DNA from: Coleofasciculus sp. B1-GNL1-01
Lineage (GTDB): Bacteria; Cyanobacteriota; Cyanobacteriia; Cyanobacteriales; Coleofasciculaceae
NCBI GenBank assembly: GCA_040220235.1
Contig: JAVJTO010000045.1
DNA: 20,116 nt
Direction: 5' to 3' (one strand)
Shown: in pieces, positions 1-6,547 of the stretch
How the letters are laid out: each line of letters begins with the position of its first letter
Numbering within the stretch: position 1 is the first letter of the stretch
Program-made: the position numbers and the translations under genes
The notes under the pieces: model-generated
Told to the model about the DNA's origin: nothing
Databases searched by the model: none
Seen by the model: only the letters and a program-made list of their open reading frames with translations

Positions 1-145
1 TTATCGGAAGAGGCAATTGGCTGTTTAGACTACGAACCAATCGCGACATCGTCTCGATCTAACGGTGTACATTCCCCATGTTTTTGTGCCAAAACGACAA
101 CTAATCACACCTCGACATGTTTGCCCATTAACCATCAATAAACCG

Positions 146-742
146 ATGTCTTTATCCACAAAAACTCCCTCTACATTTCCCACCCGTCTGCATGTTGTGT
201 ATCCCCAAAAAGCGTTTAATCGCAAAGACTTGCTACCTCTGGGTTCAGACTATCTTTGGGAAATTGAACAAGGTATCGTGCGATCGCTAACTTGGAATGA
301 AGAGGGTCAACTGGTTACCCTCGGCTTTTGGGGTCCGGGAGATGTGGTGGGACGACGGTTATCTCGGATCAAGCCTTACCAGGTGGTGTGTTTGTCTCGA
401 GTACAGGCAAGTCAAATCCCTTTAGAGAGTCAATCGTTACCAGAGGCGTTACTGATTCATGCTTGCAAAAGCGAAGAACTATTGAGTATTTTACATCAGC
501 ACTCTGCCTATGCTCGCCTGGTGCATCTGTTAGAATGGCTATCCTGTCAATTTGGACAAACAGTTCCTCAGGGTAAATTGCTGAACTTTCACCTGACTCA
601 TCAGGATATTTCCGAGACGATTGGGATTACTCGGGTAACCGCAACTCGCCTGATCAATCGGTTGGAACGAGAAGGGAGGATTGTGCGATCGCATCGAAAT
701 CTCATCCTCACCACTGGTAAACCTTCTCGGTATAATGAATAA
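146..742 (+). CDS. Crp/Fnr family transcriptional regulator (cyanobacterial CysR/SyCrp-like)
   Basis: ORF 65..742, likelier in-frame ATG at 146. N-terminal cNMP-like beta domain (LWEIEQGIVRSLTWNEEGQLVTLGFWGPGDVVG) and C-terminal Crp HTH (LTHQDISETIGITRVTATRLINRLEREG). Confidence 0.9.
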   Translation: MSLSTKTPSTFPTRLHVVYPQKAFNRKDLLPLGSDYLWEIEQGIVRSLTWNEEGQLVTLGFWGPGDVVGRRLSRIKPYQVVCLSRVQASQIPLESQSLPEALLIHACKSEELLSILHQHSAYARLVHLLEWLSCQFGQTVPQGKLLNFHLTHQDISETIGITRVTATRLINRLEREGRIVRSHRNLILTTGKPSRYNE

Positions 743-774
743 GCATTTTGGAAGCATCAAAACCTTGATATACC

Positions 775-795
775 GTAGGGTGGGCATTGCCCACC
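775..795. repeat. GTAG-type REP-like palindrome between convergent genes
   Basis: GTAG-GGTGGGCA-T-TGCCCACC inverted repeat; could also act as a terminator or RNA stabiliser. Confidence 0.6.
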
Positions 796-830
796 AGCCT
801 TAATTAGCGTGCCTTATTGACTTTTGAGCG

Positions 831-1343
831 TTAGAAATCCAGCACTTTGTCAGCCGCTAAAATTAAGTTAGGGATTTCATCATTCTCCAAGGCAAGTTGG
901 CTTCCAGGACGCAGAGAATTTTGATCAATCCCGACGGCGCTAGCACAAACCGGACAGACGATAATCTTGCCACCTGCTGTCACAAAATCCTCATAGAGTT
1001 CAGATACAGTCATAGTACCGTTTCCCCAACGCAGATCTAAGGGTTGTCGAGCATCTGCCAGTCGCACGCCTTCCAGGGTTAGCACCAGTGTAACCTGCGC
1101 CCCTTTCCTTTGCATATTGCCTCCCAGCTTCAGCGCCATAAAAACAGCATGAAGATCATCGGTGCTGTGTTGAAGATGCACAATAATGTTCTGCTGGTTA
1201 GCGGCGGTCATTTCCTCCCCTGTGTTGGGTGTGATCTCCCTAGGTTGGGCGTAACCCGGTAATGGCGTAGCTAACGGTAATACCAGCACTGCGCCTAAAA
1301 GTGCGATCGCCCCTCTACCTACTCTGCGACTGCCCTGTTGCAT
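831..1343 (-). CDS. DsrE/DsrF-like family protein with N-terminal signal peptide
   Basis: Basic then hydrophobic leader (RRVGRGAIALLGAVLVLPLATPLPGYA), followed by DsrE-like motifs (VTLVLTLEGVRLA, GGKIIVCPVCASAVGI, ILAADKVLDF). Confidence 0.75.
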   Translation of the reverse strand: MQQGSRRVGRGAIALLGAVLVLPLATPLPGYAQPREITPNTGEEMTAANQQNIIVHLQHSTDDLHAVFMALKLGGNMQRKGAQVTLVLTLEGVRLADARQPLDLRWGNGTMTVSELYEDFVTAGGKIIVCPVCASAVGIDQNSLRPGSQLALENDEIPNLILAADKVLDF

Positions 1344-1536
1344 AATGTCTATACCTCAAGCCGTTTAATTATGTTTATGTAGTTGCTTCGGTGCGGCACA
1401 ACGTTTGAGAAATGCCGAATCGATGATCATGCTTGTCTTGTGTTTTGTCAAAAGACAAACGGTCAAATCTATGATTAGGGGCGATCGCACTCTATGCTCA
1501 TGTCATCATACCCATCTGTTATAGTTCGGCACCATT

Positions 1537-1560
1537 GTAGAGACGTTGCATGCAACGTCT
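1537..1560. repeat. GTAG-type REP-like palindrome
   Basis: GTAG-AGACGTTGCATGCAACGTCT perfect palindrome; near-identical copy at 13493-13520. Confidence 0.7.
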
Positions 1561-1643
1561 GGAACATAAATGATGTGTCCTAACAGCCATGGCGGTTGCT
1601 ATAATTCGGGGCGATCGCGTCTTTTTTTGGTTAACCCGTCGCC

Positions 1644-2093
1644 TCATCTTTTTCGTTCTTTGGATTGGGTGTCCTCCGGTTGGAATTCTGCCCATCCTCT
1701 ACAGACAATTTCGTAACATTTTGGTGGGGCAATGGGTAAATTTGTCAAGTTAAAAAATGCTGCTTGATTGGCATACTCCAGCAACAAAACAACATCTTTG
1801 TAAGGATTATAATGATCCACCACTTGCAGAATATAGCCATTCATGAAATGTTTTTGCAGTAGCACCGTATCAGGAGCCGCCAGCCATGCATTTAAAAAAG
1901 CAGCTAGACGACGGCGCGGTACAAAATGAGCTGGGAATGTTTCTCCAAAGGCACCAACAGTCGGAGTATTGGTACTACAGACAACAGCACCACGATCCCC
2001 ACTCAAGTAGCCAACCCAAGCGTTATAACCAATGACCAACAGGTTAGTGGCGATAAAATCGTGCTGCCAATCTTGAGAGTTTGTTTCAGTCAT
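1644..2093 (-). CDS. Hypothetical protein, paralog of 3081..3518
   Basis: 149 aa. Shares WQxxFIxxNLLVIGYxAWxGY...RG, VDxYxPxxDVxLLL and NLxIxPPxC...VxRxWxEFQP with the 145-aa ORF. Confidence 0.8.
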   Translation of the reverse strand: MTETNSQDWQHDFIATNLLVIGYNAWVGYLSGDRGAVVCSTNTPTVGAFGETFPAHFVPRRRLAAFLNAWLAAPDTVLLQKHFMNGYILQVVDHYNPYKDVVLLLEYANQAAFFNLTNLPIAPPKCYEIVCRGWAEFQPEDTQSKERKR

Positions 2094-2108
2094 TTGTCAT
2101 TTGTCATT
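2089..2108. repeat. Short tandem heptamer repeat (STRR-like), (GTCATTT)x~3
   Basis: gtcattt-gtcattt-gtcatt, overlapping the start codon at 2093. Confidence 0.55.
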
Positions 2109-2138
2109 CGTCTTATGTGATAATTGAATGGTTAGGTC

Positions 2139-2198
2139 GGGGCGGGTTTAGTGATGTTAGGGTGGACAAAAAACGATAGTAGTGAAACCCGCCCCTAC
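2139..2198. repeat. REP/REPIN-like inverted repeat
   Basis: GGGGCGGGTTT (2139-2149) ... AAACCCGCCCC-TAC (2185-2198). Confidence 0.6.
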
Positions 2199-2259
2199 AC
2201 CCCTACAATAGACGTTCTAATTGCTTCTCCATCTTCCCCAAGCACTTAATCCTGTAGGT

Positions 2260-3054
2260 TTAGAAAACTCTGACCTTAGTCGCCAATCCCAGTCTTCGCA
2301 ACAGACGAATGATCAGCCAAACCAGGTCAATTTCCCACCACAATACGCCGTACCGTGCAGAAGATTGGCAAGCATGGTGATTGTTGTGCCATCCTTCACC
2401 AAACGTCAGCCAAGCCACCCACCAGCAATTCGTGGAGCGATCGCCTGTCGCGTGGCTGCGATAACCAAATTTGTGGCATACGCTATTCACACAACAGGTA
2501 CTATGAAATCCGACAAACAGGCGCACAAAAATGCCCCACACCACAAACGGCATTCCTCCTAACCCATACAATAAAATCGCCAATCCTACTTGCAAACTAA
2601 TATAGTGCTGGTGGCAGAACCGATAAAATTGATCATCAGCAATATCTTGAGTAAACCGAGACAATTCAGTTTTTGCGGGCACCTCATGCATCAACCAACT
2701 GATATGACTCCACCACAATCCCTGAGTCGAATCATGGGGATCAAGGGGTTGATCACTATGCAAATGATGAATTCGATGGTAACCAACCCAACCCAGAACC
2801 GCTCCTTGTCCCGCCAACGTACCGCAGAAAATTAGACAATATTCCAACCATTGAGGCACTTGAAAACTACGGTGACTGGCTAAACGATGGAAACCCAACG
2901 AAATACCGAGTCCAATCGTTATCCAGTGCAACAATAGGGCAACACCAACAGCACTCCAGTTAAAATTACTCGGCAAAAATGCCAAGAGAGCTAATAGGTG
3001 TAACGCGCCAGTCGCGAGAATAATTGTCCAACGTGGACGGGGTATATTTGACAT
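2260..3054 (-). CDS. Membrane fatty-acid desaturase, delta-9/acyl-CoA desaturase (DesC-like) family
   Basis: Three His boxes HRLASH, HRIHH and GEGWHNNHH, plus DPH and WSH motifs and hydrophobic segments. ATG at 3054 (alternative TTG at 3066). Confidence 0.92.
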   Translation of the reverse strand: MSNIPRPRWTIILATGALHLLALLAFLPSNFNWSAVGVALLLHWITIGLGISLGFHRLASHRSFQVPQWLEYCLIFCGTLAGQGAVLGWVGYHRIHHLHSDQPLDPHDSTQGLWWSHISWLMHEVPAKTELSRFTQDIADDQFYRFCHQHYISLQVGLAILLYGLGGMPFVVWGIFVRLFVGFHSTCCVNSVCHKFGYRSHATGDRSTNCWWVAWLTFGEGWHNNHHACQSSARYGVLWWEIDLVWLIIRLLRRLGLATKVRVF

Positions 3055-3080
3055 ACAAATGCTCAAGATTTTAACAATTC

Positions 3081-3518
3081 TTACCGGAAACAGGGCTGAA
3101 ATTCATGCCAACGCCGACGAACTTGTCGGTCACATTCAGGAGGGGAAATTTTTAGGTTATGCAAGAGATGAATTTCGGTTTGAGTCTGCGCCGTGAGTAG
3201 CAAGATTACATCGTCGTCAGGGTGATACCGATCCACCAATAGCATAAGTTGGTCAATGACACCTTCCTCAAATTTGTGTGCTTGCATTTGACTCATTATC
3301 TGGGGTTTAGCCATGAATTCAGCACGGAACGGTATCCAATCCAGACTGATTATCTTTGATGCGATCGCGGCATCCTGCACATCCACACAAACTATCCCGC
3401 GACCCGATTCAACATAACCGTTCCAAGCGTAATACCCAATCACCAACAAATTGGCATGAATAAACTCATTTTGCCAATAGCAAAAATTACCTTGCCAAAC
3501 ACTATTTTCCGGACGCAT
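3081..3518 (-). CDS. Hypothetical protein, paralog of 1644..2093; overlaps the metE stop
   Basis: 145 aa, 17-nt overlap with the metE 3' end, conserved blocks shared with 1644..2093. Confidence 0.8.
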   Translation of the reverse strand: MRPENSVWQGNFCYWQNEFIHANLLVIGYYAWNGYVESGRGIVCVDVQDAAIASKIISLDWIPFRAEFMAKPQIMSQMQAHKFEEGVIDQLMLLVDRYHPDDDVILLLTAQTQTEIHLLHNLKISPPECDRQVRRRWHEFQPCFR

Positions 3519-5748
3519 GGGTTTCCTCCCGCAGCATTTTTGCCGCTTCTACCATATTTTTCAACGCCGGAATCACTTCGTCCCAATGGCGAGTTTTCAA
3601 GCCACAGTCGGGATTCACCCAAATTTGTTCAACGGGCAAATTAGCCACTCCTGTCCGCAGTTGTTCCATCATCTGTTCTGTTGTGGGAATTACTGGACTA
3701 TGGATGTCATAAATCCCATTCCCCACCTGATGAGCATATCCAGCATTGGTAATTTCAAACAAGGTTTCATTATTACTGCGGCTATTTTCAATCGATAAAA
3801 CATCCGCATCCAGACGCTGAATGTGCTGAATAATATCCCCAAATTCGGAATAACACATATGAGTATGAATTTGGGTTTGGGGTTTGGCAATTCCGGCACT
3901 GAGACGAAACGCATCCACTGCCCAAGACAGATAATCCTGCCACCGTTCTGGTTTCAGCGGTAAACCCTCTCGCAATGCCGGTTCATCAATCTGAATAATC
4001 GTCGCTCCCGCTGCTTCTAAATCCGCTACTTCTTGCCGCAAGGCTAAGGCAATTTGAAACGCCTGTTCCTGTCGGGAAATGTCGGTACGGGGGTACGACC
4101 AATTAATCATAGTTACGGGTCCGGTGAGCATCCCTTTAATCGGTTTTTCCGTTAATGACTGGGCAACGTTAAACTCACGAACCGTCATCGGCATCTGACG
4201 CACGACATCACCATAAATAATTGGGGGACGAACATAGCGACTGCCATAACTTTGCACCCATCCATGTTGAGTGAAGGCAAAACCTTGGAGTTGCTGTCCA
4301 AAAAACTCTACCATATCAGTGCGTTCAAATTCACCATGTACCAGCACATCCAATCCGGCTTCTTCTTGATAGCGAATACACTGAGCAATTTCGGCATCAA
4401 TTGCCTTTTGGTAATCAGCCAGAGTGATTTCGCCGCGCTTCCATTGCAGCCGTAGTTTCCGCACCTGTGAGGTTTGCGGAAATGAGCCAATTGTGGTAGT
4501 GGGAAATGGGGGAAGTTGAAGTTGTAGTGGCTGTCGTTGGGTATAGGGGAGCAATCGCTCAAAGGCATCAACATTCAATGACTGAAGCTGTTGTTGAACC
4601 TGTACATTGGGGGGACTAAATTGCTCAAATACTGTTTGGCGTGTGGCAATATCCTGCAATTGCGATCGCCTGTCTTCCCCTTGGAGGGTTTGCGCCAAAA
4701 TGACCACTTCTTGCAGTTTTTGTTCCGCAAAACTCAGCACATTTCGTAGGGGTTCGGGTAACTTGGTTTCCCGTGTCGCATCGTAGGGAACAAACTGTAG
4801 GGAGGCGGAGGGTTGAATGGATAGGTTGGAGGTAATCGGTTTAATCTCGTCTAGGATGGGTAAAAGGCGATCGGGTCGAATTTGCCAGACGTTTCGTCCA
4901 TCCACAATACCCACACCCAGGCGTTTATCGCTGGGAAACCCATGATGTTTAAGTTGGTCTAGATTGCGCCCCCGGGTAAAGTCTAAACTGATGCTGGCAA
5001 CGGGTAATTGGATCACCCAGGGATAACTTTCACCCAAGTCATCAAAATAGGTGACCAAATCTAGCGGTATACCCACCTGCGCCAATGAAGCGTAAGTTGA
5101 TTCATAGTCGTCTTTAAACTTAGCCGTATTTCCCAAAACCAGGGCAGGTTCATGAATTTGGACTTCCTCTATACCCAAGGGTTTGAGTGCCTGTAGCAGA
5201 TTCACATAGCGATCGCACAGGGGACGAATGATCTCCGCAATTGGCATATCTAACCGACTCAATCGTAGGAGTGTCATCGGTCCTAAAATAATCGGAGTTG
5301 CCCGTTTTCCCAAAATTTGTTGGGCGCGTTTAACGGTTGCCAAAACCGGATTAAAATCTGTCGGTTGCAGTGGGGCGGAAATTTCCGGCACGAGGTAGTG
5401 GTAATTCGTATCAAACCACTTGGTCATTTCCAGGGCGGGAATGCCTTCTTTCCCCCGTGCCATGGCAAAGTATTGTTCTAAACCGGATAGATGGCGAAAT
5501 CGTTCTGGAATCAATCCCAAATAAATGGACCAATCGAGTACAGAGTCATAGAGGGTAGCGTCACCAATCCCAATGCGATCGATACCTGCTTCACGTTGGG
5601 TTTGCCAGTTGGTTTCTTCAACCTGGCGCACGGTTTCCCATAAGGATTCTGCGTCTAATTTGTTACTCCAGAAGGCTTCTAAGGCTTTTTTGACTTCGCG
5701 GTTTTTGCCGATGCGAGGATAGCCTACTGTTGCGGTTTGAATGGACAT
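3502..5748 (-). CDS. metE: Cobalamin-independent methionine synthase
   Basis: 748 aa. GYPRIG, MTKWFDTNYHY, TTTIGSFPQT, HGEFERTDMVEFF, and Zn ligands in HMCY and NPDCGLKT. Confidence 0.98.
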   Translation of the reverse strand: MSIQTATVGYPRIGKNREVKKALEAFWSNKLDAESLWETVRQVEETNWQTQREAGIDRIGIGDATLYDSVLDWSIYLGLIPERFRHLSGLEQYFAMARGKEGIPALEMTKWFDTNYHYLVPEISAPLQPTDFNPVLATVKRAQQILGKRATPIILGPMTLLRLSRLDMPIAEIIRPLCDRYVNLLQALKPLGIEEVQIHEPALVLGNTAKFKDDYESTYASLAQVGIPLDLVTYFDDLGESYPWVIQLPVASISLDFTRGRNLDQLKHHGFPSDKRLGVGIVDGRNVWQIRPDRLLPILDEIKPITSNLSIQPSASLQFVPYDATRETKLPEPLRNVLSFAEQKLQEVVILAQTLQGEDRRSQLQDIATRQTVFEQFSPPNVQVQQQLQSLNVDAFERLLPYTQRQPLQLQLPPFPTTTIGSFPQTSQVRKLRLQWKRGEITLADYQKAIDAEIAQCIRYQEEAGLDVLVHGEFERTDMVEFFGQQLQGFAFTQHGWVQSYGSRYVRPPIIYGDVVRQMPMTVREFNVAQSLTEKPIKGMLTGPVTMINWSYPRTDISRQEQAFQIALALRQEVADLEAAGATIIQIDEPALREGLPLKPERWQDYLSWAVDAFRLSAGIAKPQTQIHTHMCYSEFGDIIQHIQRLDADVLSIENSRSNNETLFEITNAGYAHQVGNGIYDIHSPVIPTTEQMMEQLRTGVANLPVEQIWVNPDCGLKTRHWDEVIPALKNMVEAAKMLREETHASGK

Positions 5749-6078
5749 GGTTTTTCTGGGTTTAATTAAGGTGTAATAGCCCGGATTTGATCAAGCGCTA
5801 AGGGTAGCACTTCACCATCAAGGAACAGCACTCAAGCTATCTAATGCCTCAGGCAATTAATCGGTGTTCCCGGAGTCATTAGAGCGATGAAATGCTATAG
5901 GTTGTGTTTAATTGGTGCAATTTCCTCAAAGGCAGAATCTGTGCCAGAAAATCCGGTTCAACGGTTCAGGCGATTCTGACCTAGGCGGGAAAGCATTGGA
6001 TATAGTAATGCTATATTTCCGGACAGCAGAAGCACTGCCTTGGATGGATAAATTGCCAAACCAATCGAGTAATGCCAG

Positions 6079-6153
6079 TTAGCATCTGTAGCGTATTTCT
6101 GGCACGATCAGAGCGTAAAATCGCGGGATGAGACTATTCATGATTGTATACAT
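6079..6153 (-). CDS. Putative 24-aa leader peptide (MYTIMNSLIPRFYALIVPEIRYRC) downstream of the cobalamin riboswitch
   Basis: GAGG Shine-Dalgarno-like motif 5 nt before the ATG; both lie in the hairpin CATCTG-CGAGGTA-CAGATG (6151-6169). Confidence 0.45.
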   Translation of the reverse strand: MYTIMNSLIPRFYALIVPEIRYRC

Positions 6154-6196
6154 CTGTACCTCGCAGATGGATGAAATGATTTGACTAAAATTTCTT

Positions 6197-6320
6197 GACA
6201 TTCGGCGGGCATTCTGACTCAGAGACCTCAATCTCATTACAGCTGCGGGACAGCGTCGGATTTGCACCGAACTTTCCCCATTACTTCTAACGGCTGATCC
6301 CCGTTAGAACCGAAGGTTGA
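6197..6320 (-). ncRNA. Cobalamin (B12) riboswitch aptamer
   Basis: Minus strand reads GGTTCTAACGG..CCGTTAGAA-GTAATGGGGAAAG-TTCGGTGCAAATCCGA-CGCTGTCCCGCAGCTGT..GAGTCAGAATGCCCGCC: B12 box, T-loop stem and P5 loop, upstream of metE. Confidence 0.93.
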
Positions 6321-6547
6321 TTTTCACTATATCACCATTATGTCTTTTTTGTCTCCCCAGGTTCCCAGGCACACGACGTTTACCCTTGCGGGTGTCGTGT
6401 TTTCTCCTTTTAGGCACTGTTAATTCAGTGCTGGGCGTTTCAAACAGAGTTAACTGCTTGGGTTCCGCCGAGTCCCGGCGTACCTTAACTAATTTCAAGC
6501 CATATTCAATAACGGCTTTGTGCTTAATGTTTCGTGCCGCCTGCTTG
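6304..6547 (-). pseudogene. tnpB: 3' exon of an intron-interrupted tnpB remnant
   Basis: Joined to 9095+ it reads CTECGHFDHA-D-KQAARNIKHKA (RuvC-III DxxAAxNI). The basic tail runs to a stop inside the riboswitch; no recognisable IS right end. Confidence 0.8.
6326..6334 (-). promoter_or_regulatory. Putative extended -10 promoter (TGnTATAGT) for the riboswitch/metE transcript
   Basis: Minus strand TGA-TATAGT, about 6 nt upstream of the aptamer 5' stem. Confidence 0.5.

Noticed and set aside
5760..6000. Tiny ORFs in the metE leader (MLSRLGQNRLNR, MTPGTPINCLRH)
   Set aside because: No clear RBS or homology I can recognise; cannot be supported from the sequence alone.
6079..6267. 62-aa ORF starting inside the riboswitch
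   Set aside because: Its GTG lies in the aptamer core; only the last 24 codons have a plausible RBS and ATG.
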